The notes under the pieces were generated by a model. It did not search any database, had not been told where the DNA came from, and saw only the letters and a program-made list of their open reading frames with translations. A stretch of DNA of 63,033 nt, counting the filler, from Jimgerdemannia flammicorona (lineage: Eukaryota): NCBI GenBank assembly GCA_003990765.1. It is 2 parts of 2 records of this genome, joined end to end, with 100 filler letters (N's around TTAATTAATTAA, not from the genome) between each part and the next. Parts side by side here need not be neighbours in the genome. Positions count along the whole stretch, not along the records: positions 1 to 31,477 come from RBNJ01000394.1; 1 more part is not named here. The stretch is one strand, 5' to 3'. Of this stretch, positions 12,360 to 26,114 are shown piece after piece; the stretch's first letter is position 1, and each line of letters begins with the position of its first letter. The position numbers and the translations under genes were made by a program.

Positions 12360-12740
12360 ACTAAGCCACCAACAATAGAAGAATCCTTTGATAGTATCCA
12401 GAGTATAGTGCAAATATACTTGTCATGAATCTCATATTTCAAGGCCTACCAGAACCAAACTGAGTTCCAGGAATACTTCAAGTTGGGACAGCTACTGAAT
12501 TCAAGACCAAAGATGGAAAAAGAAGACTGGATCAGAGAATGTCAGCTCTCTTATATTCAGATCACAATTGCAAAAAGAGTGCACAAGTTATTCAAAGATA
12601 ACAAGTCAGCCTTAGCCCATTTCTGAGGAGTAACCCCAGGAGACTTTGGATATGTCAAGAGACAACATTGGAAGGACATAATGATACAAATCACACAGTA
12701 TAAGGAAATACAAATCATAGAAGTCTGGGAATTCGAGTGA
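12360..12740 (+). pseudogene. Accessory ORF of element B between integrase and 3' LTR
   Basis: About 125 codons with two TGA (probably ex-CGA) stops: EYFKLGQLL...ITIAKRVHKLF...GVTPGDFGYV; similar to the LTR ORF of C. Confidence 0.65.
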
Positions 12741-12781
12741 ATAGAATGCTCCTGAGATGAATCACCTATTCAGAAGGAAGA

Positions 12782-13252
12782 TGTGATGGCTGATCTGAAT
12801 TAGTAACATAAAACAGGAGAATTAGACATTTGATCATAGTATCTGAATCCGATTCCCAATATAGCTTAGCTTCATAAATAGCAGCCACATTCCATAAAGT
12901 ACAGAAACTTTAATATTTACAAAGATTTAGGAGATATTAGAATCTTCATGATCAGCGAAATCTTAGCAGATGTTAAAAGATTCAATACTTGCGAAATGAG
13001 CCATTACTTAGCCACCTTATAGTTAGCAAAACTTGTATAAATAACCCAGTATCTTAGAGTGAATAAAACTCAGATTGAAATAGTTTAAAAGCAAAGAGAT
13101 AGCAAAGGAACTAGTAAGCCTGCAGGCAGATATACTTCAAACTCACCCACCCTCTCCTGTAACTCAAGAGACTCTGCGAGAGTCAGAACAATTAAGTTTT
13201 CAAGATACAGAAATCCAATGTACTTTCAAGAGTAAGCATCCACTATATTACA
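12782..13252 (+). repeat. 3' LTR of element B
   Basis: TGTGATGG...TATTACA; preceded by PPT. Confidence 0.93.
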
Positions 13253-14068
13253 ATATATAAATTATCACTATACTCAAAGAATTATCCTAATAAGGAAATT
13301 GACTGTTATATCTAAATTGACTATTATATTACTAAATACTAACAAGGAATCTTAGAATATTTTGTTGTTTTTTGATAAAGTAACTAGAGGCTCAAGTCAA
13401 ACTATATTAACCCCCAATCTTGTAATTTGCCTTCATTGAGTCAGACACATTATAATATATAGAACTTCTTTAGTAAAATCTTCTTCTTAATATCTTTTTA
13501 GTATTTTTTTCATTTTGAAAAATTCTTCTGAATTCTTCTTTCAGATTTTGTATAAATATTTTTGCTTAGAAATTATTTAAAAATACTTAAACTTTTAGTA
13601 TTTCTTCAAGCTACTTTAGATTTACTAGAACTTTTAAATTTAGTTACTTTTTCTTAAAGAAACTAGAACAGTTATATTTGATAGTAGTAGTGAAGTTATA
13701 TTTTATTTATTATGAAATCTCATATAAATTTATAAATTAGTTATAACTAATCATATATATAAACTTAAAATAATTAATAAAGAAGAACTAGTCTGACTGA
13801 GTTATACTGAAAAAGAGAAGTTTATTTTAATAAATATAGAGGAAATTCTAAATAGTATAATATATCAGATTTGAAATTTATAAGTATAACTAGAATATCA
13901 GTAAATTAGAGATCTATAGCTCATCTAATAATTATATTTACTGTAATATAATAGATATATATTAGCAGAAGTATAGCAGATTTCTTTATCTTAAATACTT
14001 GATCTTCTTCAACTCCTTGGAGTTCTCAAATATAGGAGTAAGTAAGTTCAAAAGTATTTGCTTACAGG

Positions 14069-14073
<5 letters not shown>

Positions 14074-14142
<69 letters not shown>

Positions 14143-15208
14143 GAACTCAATGTCTTGCGGATTTTTATTGGAAGGAAACCTAGACTGTATAGGCCAAAAC
14201 CCTCTCCCACCACCCACCAAACACTGCCCCCCCATTAACCTAGGCTAGCTATTATCTAGCAGCTCAACTATACCAGGCGCAGCAGGGTTGATGAGACCCA
14301 TACCTCATTCTATACACCATGCTCTCCCTACTACCAGGAGAAATCCAACTATATGCCAATGACCAAAAGTATACATATACCCGAGAACCCAATATATGTA
14401 CAAGACTATGTCCAAGCTGAATAGAATAGCCCCTGCCACTCCAAAGAGAATGATAGGCAGAAAAAAACCCTCATCAAAATACAACACAGTGGGTAGGGCC
14501 TAGTTCTCCTAGTTGAGGTGAGTAAAGGACTTACACATAAGGCAGGAGGAAACCCCTAATACCCCACTACTCAAGTCTGCAGGCCTTGATCACATTACCA
14601 TATCAGCTCCTGGTTCCAGTTGAGTACAGCCAAGATACCTGAAATGGGTAGCCTCGGGCCCCCCAACCCCCCCTGATGACTGGGGCCTAACCTGCCTGAC
14701 TGCCAAAAGAAGCTGAGAGTGACACCTACCACCTAACTGTGCTGCACCAATCAAAAGGCCCCACTGAAGCAGCACCTGCCCCAGCCCCAATAGCTGCCCC
14801 CAGTCTGGTACCCTACTGGTTCACCATTATCATCCTTCCTTCTATCTGTAATGGCCATCTCCTCTCCCATCCTGACAACACTCAAAAAGCAGTCACCTAT
14901 GCCAGAACCATGCTCACCGGAAAGCTTGCCAAAGCCAGAGGGCTCCATTATAGGCACTGAGAATCTATAGGTAATCTACACTGAGCACTTGACACCCAAG
15001 GTCGGCTGACTCTCTATATAGCCCAAGATATACCAAGACACTATCTTGTTAATGATAGCAAAAGGAAGAAAGTGCTGCACCAAAACAGATGCACTCCAGA
15101 TGCAGCTAAAGATACTAGAAACTATGAAAAAGTGAAGAAGACACCAATCTGACACCAATAAAGGGGTAACTCATCACCATTGCCTCCCTCTTACCATGCT
15201 CATGCAAG
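14074..15208 (-). mobile_element. Poly(A) non-LTR retroposon (SINE-like or LINE 3' end), copy 1, in E 3' LTR
   Basis: Poly(T) 14074-14139; AATAAA on the minus strand just upstream of the tail; ~16-bp TSD TGCTTACAGGYTTACT at 14059-14074 and 15209-15224. Confidence 0.88.
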
Positions 15209-17422
15209 TGCTTACAGGCTTACTAGTTTCTTGTCTCTTTACTTAAACTATTTTAATTTGAGAGATTAGTACATATCTGAGAGATCTATATATCTATACT
15301 TTCTATACAATCATACAAATCATATAACTGAGAGATTGAGTAACTACTAAACTATAATACTATACTATATCAGAAATTAGATTTAGATACTATAATCAAA
15401 TGTCTATTCTTTAATTATTATTTTTAATTTAGATCAATCATTATAACTTCTTTCTAAATAAGTAATATCATCTCTGAATCTTATTCAAACTTCCATACTT
15501 TAACCAATTATGTTTTTATACTATATAATCTACTTGATTATATTTTCTTAATAATATCTCTTTACCTATCTAAAATATCTTAGGACTACTTCTTAGAAAT
15601 AAGTCAGAGTTTACTTATTATTCTTAAATAGTTTATAGTCCTATATGACTATAGTAATCTGGATGTAGAATATCTGATACTTTGTAATCTATTCTTCTTT
15701 AGTTATGTCTTTCTTATTTAGCAATTTCTCCTACTTGAAGTACTTCTGAAACTCAGAATAATATTAGTAGACTCCAAAGTATAAGATTTATATATAATAG
15801 GTAAGTCTGCATAATACTTTGAATACTATTAAAGAATTTCTCTATAGCTAGTGGCTTAGTGGAATATTATTGTCTTTCTATATCTTACTAAATAGTACTT
15901 ATAATCTTAAGAGTCAGAGTAGTACTTCATTGGTTAGCTATAGTACTTCTTGAGTTGATTTTAGTAAATAGTAGTAAAGATAATTATACCAGATAGTTTT
16001 TATAACTAAAAGATAGTTCCTTTTATATTTTATACAATATAAGATCCTTTTTACTTGAGCTCTAGTTTTTGTAACTATGAAGCTTTTACTATATTCTGAT
16101 ATACTAAGACTTTATCTCTTATCTTGATAATTTCCAGAGGCTTATAGACTTCTATATTATTCTATTACAATACCTGTACCTTGATTATGTAATCTTTAGT
16201 CTTTTTTCTTATTTGATATGATTACTATATCTCAGTATCTATATATTTCCATACTATATCTCTATTTAATAATAGGGTTTCTTCAGAACTTTCTTCTCTA
16301 TTTAGTAATTCTCAGGAGATGAAATAAGTGCTTTGTAATTATATATCCCAGAGAGTAGATAATATAATTAGTAGATAGTGATCTTAATTTTCATAGTTAT
16401 TATAGATCTTGATAATAATATTTTTGAGTATTTTATTGGTTCTTTTAGTCTATCTATTTTTTTTATAAATAAGCTGTGGTTCAAATGTGCTGAATCTTAT
16501 ACTTCTTGTATAGAACCTTAAAGAGCTAGTTTATAAATTCTGTTCTTCTATCTATTGTTACTTACTTTGGAGTCTTAAATTAGCAGATGATTTCTCTATA
16601 GAAGAAATCAGTAATTAACTATGCATTGGCTTCTTTGAGAGATTCTGCTTCTATTCATTTCATAAAGAGATCTATAATAACAATGATGTATCAGTTATCA
16701 GTCAATGTCAAGAGTAGTGGACCAATTATATTCATTATAATCTGAGCAAATAGTACTAGTTCTATAACTACTAATTCTGGTATCTGGTTTTACTAATCTT
16801 ACTTCTGTTTCTGATATATATCATAGGTCTTAACAAATCATCTAATATCTTTCTCTATTTCAGACCACTATATTATTCTTTTTACTTTATTATAGATATT
16901 TGTTTCTTTTAGATAACTGAGTCTATGTTCTAATATAACTAGTAGTTTTTCTTTCTTTAGTATTTTTCCATCAGTTTTGAATTATTTTCAGATTCTATTA
17001 ATAATCATTTGTATCTATTCTTCTAAATATTGGGATATCTTTACTATCTTAGATAAGTGATAATTCTATTGTAGAGTTCTTTATTCATTTTGGTTTTACT
17101 GATTGTGGGTTCTTTGGGTATCTAAGAGAGTATATCTGTATTAGTATTAGTTATTTCTGAATAGTGCATAATGGTTATATTATAAGCTTATAGTTTTATG
17201 ATCTATCTAGTAAATATTCCTTTCAGTTAGCTTATGATCAACAACTGGGTAAGAGCTGAATAATTAATTAGAATAGTGAAGTATCTTCTAGCAAGATAAT
17301 AGGGAAACTTTTCTATTACTCAGATGACTACAAGATACTCTAGCTTGTAAGATTCATATTCTCTCTCTCCTCTATAGATTCTTTAACTGAGATATATTTG
17401 ATCTTATACTTCTCTTATATAT

Positions 17423-18948
17423 TGTAACAGTGACCCCAGAATGATGACATTAGTACAGAAGACAGCCTTTCCTTGCAAGCCACCAGATCAAAGTACAAGA
17501 AGATCATACAGTATACAAGATGAGCAATGATGACCAACTGTGAGTCATTGTGACTACAGTATAAGCATCCTGAAGAATATAAAAGAAGGATTAAGGAACC
17601 ACAGTAGCAGCAACCAACAAGAACCACTAATCCCAAAATAGCTCAAAGACTTACCACAAATGAAATGCCTGCTGCCTGCCAAACCTCAAGATCAAGGAAT
17701 CACCAAGGGATCTTGGTCGAGGAAAGGATGTTCCAAGACATCAGAAGAGCTGTGGGGACCTGCTCAAGAAGGACAGTATCAACCTGGGTACTACAGACCC
17801 TTATCACTTCATTCTCTACTACTGTGAAATAGAAACAAGGATCACTATTGCTACCAAATGCCTCTAAATGTGGCAGGAGTACAAAATAGGAAACCTCCTC
17901 TGCCAGGAGTTCCCACAGACCAGTATCCAAGAGCTACAAGATGCCACTCCTATGAATATATGTAAAACAAGGACAGCTAAGAAGATCTATCAGATCTTCA
18001 GGCATGTATCATAATTGATCCCCAACTTGGAGTATGTTAGAGTCTCAGACTTCAGAGACCTGACATCTCACCATATCAATGCACTAGAAGCCAGGGTGGC
18101 TATAGAAGCCCAGTCTACTATCACCCTCAACAGCAAAGAAGTAGAAGACTTCTGGCACTCTATCCTTCAGGACAACTCAGACCAATTCCTGCAAGAATTG
18201 ATCTCAGTATTCCAAGGCCCAAGCATCCAGATTAGACCTCTCCAAGACTCCACATTTGTTCCCTATTTTGTGGAAGAGAACCTCATAGACTAGAGAGCTC
18301 CAGATCTTGTTCTCGATTTCCCCACTGAACATAATGATGTCATCAGTGATGATGTCATCCCATGTGACATACACGAAATGTGTGACCTATATGACGAGTT
18401 CATAGATCTCATCTCCTTCAGTAATGATGATGATGAGGATGAAGCTCCTATAGTCCTGAACTTTCTGCTCTAAGTTCTTTGTTATACTGGATAATACCAG
18501 CATCGGTATTCTCATGTAACACTGGATAATGCCAGCACCAGTATTCTGAGGTGATGCAAAATTGTTCCAGCACTGGCATTTTGATGTGACACTAAATAAT
18601 ATCAGTATCCTGAACCTGTACAACCACCAGTGCCAGCCCTGGAACTTAGTAGTTTTAGTTATTAGAATTTATATTTAGCTTTATATCTTAGTAACCATTG
18701 AATTATATATTGTATAAATACCCCTCTTATTTCCTCTGAAATAAAGTCAGTCAAGTTCACTTATACATATTTCCTTACAAGCAATCTAAGAGATAACAAG
18801 ATAGTTAAAGATAAGAAGTTTGAGGACTATAAGACCTTGGGAAGATACTCCAATAAGAACTTACTTATAACAAACTTGAGTTAGTCTAAGAGATATATCT
18901 TGAAGAGAATCTGGTGTATTTGAAGGACTCAGCGACCACTATGTGATA
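17423..18948 (+). repeat. 5' LTR of element C
   Basis: Direct repeat of 24620-26114 with an extra ~30-bp internal duplication near 18485; TATAAATA at ~18713 and AATAAA at ~18740. Confidence 0.93.
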
Positions 18949-19068
18949 ACTTGGTGTCCATTGGCTGGTGATTCAAGATGAATCCCTTACTTTCAAGCTG
19001 AAAAACAAACAACCTCCACAATAACTACCCTGACTACAAGAGTTACCCCTACAAGAATTCAAGACAAG

Positions 19069-22000
19069 ATGGAAATGTGTCCCTACACATTCTATAGATA
19101 TACTACTGAAGAGTCAATCCTGACCTTCATTGAAGACTTTGAACAATTCGCCACTGTATGAGCCCTTAGTGTGGATGCTCAATTGGCCCTTCTACCAGTC
19201 AGCCTCAGAGGACCTGCTAGAGACAAGTTCAATGCAGCCACCATTGCTGATGCTGGTGCAGCCAAACTTACCAATATGAAGGTCTTCCTCAGAATAACAT
19301 ATTATACCAAAGAGATCAAGCAAGCTCTCAAGGATCAACTCAATACTATCTGCCAGGGACTTAGTGAAGATCCCAACTCATTCTATACCCAAATTTGCCA
19401 CCAGATTGTCTTGGCTGGCTATGATGACCACCTCAAGGAACAAATAGTGGATTCAACCTTCCTCAAAGGAGTTCACTCTGAAATTGCCCTAGAAATCTGG
19501 TCTACCCCAGCTGCACTGACCTTTGATCAGAAAGTGGTCTTTGCACAGAGATATTAGACTGCCAGACACCCTGCCAAACACTCAATAGAGAAAATAACTG
19601 GCATCAAGATGGAGCTATCAAAGCCAACTAGTATCTTACCTGCCACAGTCATAAACAGACAACCAACCCCACCTACCCCCAAGACAGCCAAAGCTGACCC
19701 AGTGGAGGAACTTGCCAAGCAGTTCACTGAGATGACTGCACACCTTGATGATGTTGTTAGAGAGGCCCAAAGTGCTAACAGGAGACCAGTGCAGATATTT
19801 GTAGCTGCTACAGAAGAATACAATATCACATGCTTCAGATGTAGAGAAGAAGGCCACTATGCAAAGAGTTGCATGACCGAAACAAGATACAAAGCCCAAC
19901 CAAACAATGCTAGCGGAACCAGAGAACAAACCAATGCAGTAGTTATTGAGGAGATTGGTGATACTGATGATGAAGAATACTATGAGGAGCTTGAATTCTA
20001 CCCTGCTACTAAAGATACCAGAACCTGGTCCAAGCCCTATGACAAGAAGAGCAACAGCAAGCCAGTTGGAAGACCAAAGAAGACCCCAGCTGTCACTATT
20101 CAAAGTAAGACCCAACCCAAGAAGATTGATCAAGACATAGAGTTAGATGAAGCTGCCTGCCAAATTATTGAAGGCACTACTCCAGTCTCAGGAGAAAGTG
20201 AAAGCAAGGAGGAACAGAAGCTGTGCAAGACCAAGATCCACCAGTATGATATCTACAAGGACCTCAAGGAACAGAAGGTCAATGCCACTTTTGAATAGCT
20301 AGCTGAAGTCTCTGCCTTCAGACAGCAGTTGAGAGTAGGACTTACAACTACTGCCAAGAATCAAGAGTATAAGATTGTAGAAGCTCACAATGTACAGGAA
20401 GAATCTGAGAACTCAGGTGAAGAATCCAAAGACCAGCACAAGACATCAGCCTATACCTCCTGCCAGATCAAAGACTGTATCTTTAATGCCATCATTGATA
20501 CCAGTGCTGGAGGATGCCTCATAAGCAAGAAGACAATTGATCACCTAGGTTGGGATATTGAAGAGTCCACCAAGATGGTCTATGTCACAGCAGATGGTAT
20601 ATGAGCTACCCCCCTTAGCAAAATCTGAGAAGTCCCCATTAAGATAGAAGGAGCTACCATCCCAGTAGACATAATTGTTACAAGTGCTACTAACTATGAT
20701 ATCCTTATTGGCAACCAATGGCTTCACAAGGCCAAGGCCATCATTGACCTCAATGCCCAGAAGATGCAGATCAACTATAGAGGAAGAAAGGTACAAGTCT
20801 CTATCAATGTCCACAAAGGAGTCCTACCAGACATGGAGGAAGGAGATGGAGAGGACACAGAGGTCTTCATGCACTTGGTGAACAAGAACAAGAGCAAGAC
20901 ACCCAAGCTCACAGATGAGCAGTGGTACAACAAGATCATCAATGGGTATGCCCCTCAAGGAAGATATCCCCATGGTACTAGGATATACTACTCTGAATAC
21001 CTGAATAACTACTGGTCCTATATCAGTGAAATCAGGAAAATCCACCAACAGAAACATGAGCAAGAAGCTGCCAAAGCAAAAAGGAAAGCCGAAGAAGATG
21101 ACCAGCCCCCAGAGCTTTAAGCTGACAGTGATGATGAGGAGGAACAAGAATCAGACATCACCCTCAAGGTCAAGAAGTTTCACCCTGAAGCCAAGATCCC
21201 AGAATACAAGACTGAAGGAGCTATAGTAATAGACCTTGCTAGCATTTAAGATGCTACCCTCAAACCACAGACCACCACCCTACTTGATACTGGAATTGGA
21301 GTCAAGTTACCAGAGAACTATGCCAGAATTATCAAGACCAGGAGCAGTCTGGCCAAAAGCAAAATCTCAGTTAAAGGAGGAGTAATTGACCCTGATTACA
21401 CTGGTGAGATCTTCCTCATAGTTAGAAATCACAACCACACCACCCTCTTTGAAGTCAAGAAGCATGACAGGATTGGCCAGATGCTGATCCATGAAATCAA
21501 GAAGCCTAAGGTCATAGAAGCCATTGAACTCATCAAGACCAAAAGAGGAGAACAAGGCTTTGGATCTACTAGAAGAGGAGCCTATGCTGCCACCAAGATT
21601 ACTGAACTTGAGTACAAGAAAGACAAGGACCAGAACAAGCATACATATACTATTGGAGAAAACTTTCCCCTGGAGGAACAACTTCTCAAGATCCTATATC
21701 AGAATGAAGGAGTACTTGCTACAGACTTTAGAGATATCCACAATCAAGAGCCCAAGTACTATCACAAAGTTGACACCAGTGATATCAAGCCCATCTATCA
21801 GAAAGCCAGACCCATACCATCTGCCTACAGAGAGTGGCTGCGAGCAGAACTCAAGAAAATAGAAGAAGCTAGAATCATCAAGCAAGCTATCAGCCCCTGG
21901 GCCTCACCCATTGTCCTAGCCCCGAAGAAAGAAAGCAAGCCTGGAGAGTTTGTACCAAGACTCTGCATTGACTACAGGAAGCTCAATGCCATTACCAAGA

Positions 22001-24264
22001 AGGATAGGCAGCCCTTGCCGAATATTCAAGAAATCCTTACCACCCTTGGAAACAAAACCAAATACTACACCACCTTGGATCTGTTCTCAGGCTTCTATCA
22101 GATTGGTCTCACTTAAGATGCTAGTGAGAAATCAGCCTTCATCATACTTAATGCCACCTATATCTATCTGCGAATGCTATTTGGAATGTGCAATGCCCCA
22201 GCAAGTTTTCAGCAAATGATGAACAGAGTCTTCAGCAATGAGATTGGAAAATGGCTCTTTGTCTATATTGATGATGTGATCATCTTCAGCAACACTGCAT
22301 GGGAACATGTCAATTACATACAGCTAGCTCTCAAGAGCTCTACATCAAGCCCAAGAAATGCAAGTTTGCAGCTCAAGAAATCACCTACCTAGGACACCTC
22401 ATCAACCAGACTGGAATCCACACGATCAAGGCTGTTGCAGCCTACCCAAGACCCAGAACAACCACAGAAGTCCATGTCTTTCTTGGACTGGCTAGCTACT
22501 ACAGAAGATTTATCAAAGGATACTCCAACATTGCAGCACCTATCTATGAGCTACTGAAGAAGGAGACCAAATTTGAATGGACCAAAGAGCACCAAGAAAC
22601 CTTCAATAAACTCAAGATCAGGTTGACCCAAGCACCTATCCTCAGAAGATCAGACTGGAACCTAGAATTCATCCTGCAGACAGATGCACATGCTATAGGA
22701 CTTGGAGCAGTCCTAGCTCAGAAGAAAGATGAACATGAATATATCATCTCCTATGCAAGCCAAGGTACCCATAGAGCAGAACAGAACTATGAGTCATGCA
22801 AGCTTGAATGCTTAGCAGTAGTCTGGGCAGTAGATAAGTTCCACTACTACCTAGCTGGGAAACACTTCACCATTTAAACAGATTATTCCACTCTTGCCTG
22901 GCTATTCCACACTCTGAACCCCAAAGGAATATATGCCAGATGGATCTACAGGCTGCAAGAGTATGACTGTACTGTCAAGCACCACTCAGAAAAGACCAAC
23001 ATCAATGCTGATGCACTCTCAAGGATACCCTGAAACACCCCCATCAAGACTATTCAACATGAATAAGGAGCTATACTATGGATTAATCAGCTATCTTGGG
23101 CAGCAGAAGATGCCCAATCACCTCAAACCCTGGACAATCACCATCATCAACCAGACTTGGAAACAGTTTGAATTAGACAACACTACACTCAGAAAAGGAG
23201 GAAAGCTAATAATACCTGAACATAAGAAGTATCAAGTAATGAAGGAAGTACATGAGCAAGGATACTTAGGAGGAATCAACACATACGACAAGGCAAGAAG
23301 AACCATGTAGTGGCCCAAGATGGAAGAAGACCTGTACCAATTTGTCAAAGGGTGTGATAAGTGCCAAAAACAGAAACAAGATCAGCAAGACCAGGCATCC
23401 AGGTCATCAAGAATTGAGCCTATCCCCTTCCACCACATCACAATGGATATCATTGGACCACTACCAGTAACACTATCAGGAAACTGCTATATTATAGTTA
23501 TTATAGACCTCTTCACCAAATGGATAGAGGCAGGAGCATTACAAGAAGCCAATGCTCTCTCTATAGCCGACTTCCTATATCAAGAAATCATCTGCTACTA
23601 CAAGACACCAAAGCAAATCACAATAGACTATGGAATGGAATTTGTCAATAGATTCTATGAGATAATATATCAGAAATACAAGATCCAGCACATCAAGACC
23701 ACTGTGTACCACTCTCAAGAAAATAGACAGACAGAGAGAACCAACAAGACCCTCAAGAACATTCTAGTGAAGATCTCAGAGACATATGAGAATTGGGATA
23801 ACTATCTCCCAACTGCCCTCTCTGTCCTATAAGACATATGGTCACAGAGCACACATTTTACCCCAAGAGAGCTGCTCTTCAGAGAAGAAGATTCTGATGG
23901 AACCTCAGCCACAAATCTAGACCTAACTTGGAGACGGGTTGATGCAGAAATCTGGAGACTACACCAAATCAGGAAGAAGGCTGAAGATTATATCACTAAG
24001 TCACAAGCACTGATAAGGAAGAATGCAGAAAAGAATTACAAGGCCCTAGAACTCATATGAATCAGATAAAAGGTTCTACTATATTGAAATATGGTAGAAG
24101 CCTCATAGTTGTGAAAACTGGAGCCCAAATGGGAAGGACCCTTCTATATACAAGATATCAAGGGAACTACCTTTTGGCTTAGAAAAATCTCAGAGACCAT
24201 ACTGCCTACCACAGTATATAGGAACAGGCTCAAGAAGTACCACAAACCTATACAAGAGAAGTAA
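19069..24264 (+). pseudogene. gag-pol of element C, including dUTPase (~21165-21570)
   Basis: Continuous domain order interrupted by transition-derived stops and a few indels. Confidence 0.93.
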
Positions 24265-24619
24265 AATGTGATGATCACCCATGAGGTTCTAGTCTGTGAA
24301 TCATAACAGTATGTCCCATGACCAGCAGACTATCTGTCTGGACCATTCTCTAAGAGATATGGCACTGGCAACTACTCATCTGTAAGACTTTTGAAGTCAG
24401 AGGAGTTTGAACCATCAACTGATTGGTCAAGATCAGAATCAGGCCCTTGCTCTATATGAAGGGAGTGACCCTTCACCATCATGCCAAAATACAAAGGGAA
24501 GATACTAGCTTATAAACACCACTTTTTGATCCCTTGCTAGAGGTTATGGGATCAGCAATTTTTTCAGAACTGGATCAATGAATAAGGATGCTCGAGAAGA
24601 TCCTTATTCAGAAGAAAGA

Positions 24620-26114
24620 TGTAATGGTGACTCCAGAATGATGACATCAGCACAGGAGACAGCCTTTCCTTGTAAGCCACCAGATCAAAGCACAAGAAGA
24701 TCATACAGTATATGAGATGAGCAATGATGACCAACTGTGAGTCATTGTGACCACAGTACAAGCATCCTGAAGAATATAAAAGAAGGATCAAGGAACTACA
24801 ATAGCAGCAATCAATAAGAACCACCAATCCCAAAATAGCTCAAAGACTTACCACAAATGAAATGCCTGCTGCCTGCCAAACCTCAAGGTCAAGGAATCAC
24901 CAAGATATCTCAGTCAAGGAAAGAATATTCCAAGACATCAGAAGAGCCATAGGGACCTACTCAAGAAAGACTCCTAGTGTCAACCTGGGTACTGCAGACT
25001 CTTATCACTTCATTCTCTACCACTATGAAATGGAAACAAGGATCGCTATTGCTACCGAATGCCTCCAAATGTGGCAGAAGTACAAAATAGGAAACCTCCT
25101 CTGCTGGGAGTTCCCACAGGCCAGCACCCAAGAGCTACAAGATACCACTCCCATAGATATACACGAAACAAGAATAGCTAAGAAGATCCATCAGATCTTC
25201 AGACATGTACCATGGTTGATCCCCAACTTGGAGTATGTTAGAGTCTCAGACTTCAGAGACCTGTCATCCTGCTGTATCAATGCACTAGAAGCCAAAGTGG
25301 CTACAGAAGCCCAGTCCACTATCACCCTCAACAGCAAAGAAGTAGAAGACTTCTGATACCCTATTCTTCAGGACAACCCAGACCAATTCCTGCAAGGATT
25401 GATCTCAGTATTCCAAGGCCCAAGCATCCAGGTTAGACCTCCCCAAGACCCCACATTTGTTCCCTATTTTGTGGAAGAGAACCTCATAGACTGGAGAGCT
25501 CCAGATCTTGTTCCTGATTTCCCTGCCAAACATAATGACATCATTGGTGATGATGTCATCCCACACAACATATGTGAAATGCATGACCTATATGACAAGT
25601 TCATGGATCTTATCTCCTTCAGTGATGATGATGATAAGGATGAAGCTCCCATGGTCCTGAACTTTCTGCTCTAAGTTCTTTGTTACACTGGATAATGCCA
25701 GCACCAGTATTCTGAGGTGATACGAAATTGTTCTAGTACTGGCATTTTGATGTGATACTAAATAATGCCAGCATCCTGAACCTGTACAACCATCAGTGCC
25801 AGCCCTGGAACTTAGTAGTTTTAGTTATTGGAATTTATATTTAGCTTTATATCTTAGCAACTATTAAATTATATTTTATATAAATACCCCTCTTATTTCC
25901 TCTGAAATAAAGTCAGTCAAGTTCACTTACACACACTTCATTGCAAGCAATCTAAGAGATAACAAGACAGTTAAAGATAAGAAGTTTGAGGACTATAAGA
26001 CCTTGGGAAGGCACTCCAATAAGAACTTGCTTATAACAAACTTGAGTTAGTCTAAGTGATACACCTTGAAGAGAATCTGGCATATTTGAAGGACTCAGTG
26101 ACCACTACATAATA
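24620..26114 (+). repeat. 3' LTR of element C
   Basis: Direct repeat of 17423-18948. Confidence 0.93.
24862..25674 (+). pseudogene. ~270-codon accessory ORF within U3 of LTR C (second copy ~17665-18472)
   Basis: One frame from ATG 24862 to TAA 25674 with a single TGA at 25354 that is TGG in the other LTR. Confidence 0.75.

Larger units (their letters stand above)
164..13252 (+). mobile_element. Ty3/Gypsy LTR retrotransposon 'B' (gag-PR-Zn module-dUTPase-RT-RH-IN plus 3' accessory ORF), decayed, with element A inserted in gag
   Basis: 471-bp LTRs at 164-634 and 12782-13252; PBS-like sequence after the 5' LTR; PPT agaaggaaga before 12782. CCHC knuckle CYTCGEEGHYS (~7900), protease I(D>N)TGA (~8530), RT YVDD (~10285), RNase H LQTDAS and NADALS, integrase core 11450-11870. 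Many stops arise from C-to-T/G-to-A changes. Confidence 0.95.
17423..26114 (+). mobile_element. Ty3/Gypsy LTR retrotransposon 'C' (gag-PR-Zn module-dUTPase-RT-RH-IN) with ORF-containing 1.5-kb LTRs
   Basis: LTRs 17423-18948 and 24620-26114; 4-bp TSD ATAT; PBS TGGTGTCC at 18952; PPT before 24620. CFRCREEGHYAKSC, IIDTSA, GVIDPDYTGEI, YIDD (22264), LQTDAH, integrase 23320-23832. Confidence 0.95.

Noticed and set aside
13999..14238. Poly-Phe/poly-Lys ORFs here and at ~54550, ~58393 and ~62187
   Set aside because: Translations of homopolymer tracts in retroposon tails, introns or intergenic DNA.
18952..18975. Specific primer tRNA for the B/C/E PBS
   Set aside because: TGGTG(C/T)CC fits several tRNAs; the host tRNA set is needed.
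24862..25674. env gene
   Set aside because: No signal peptide, transmembrane helix or furin site, and it lies inside the LTR.
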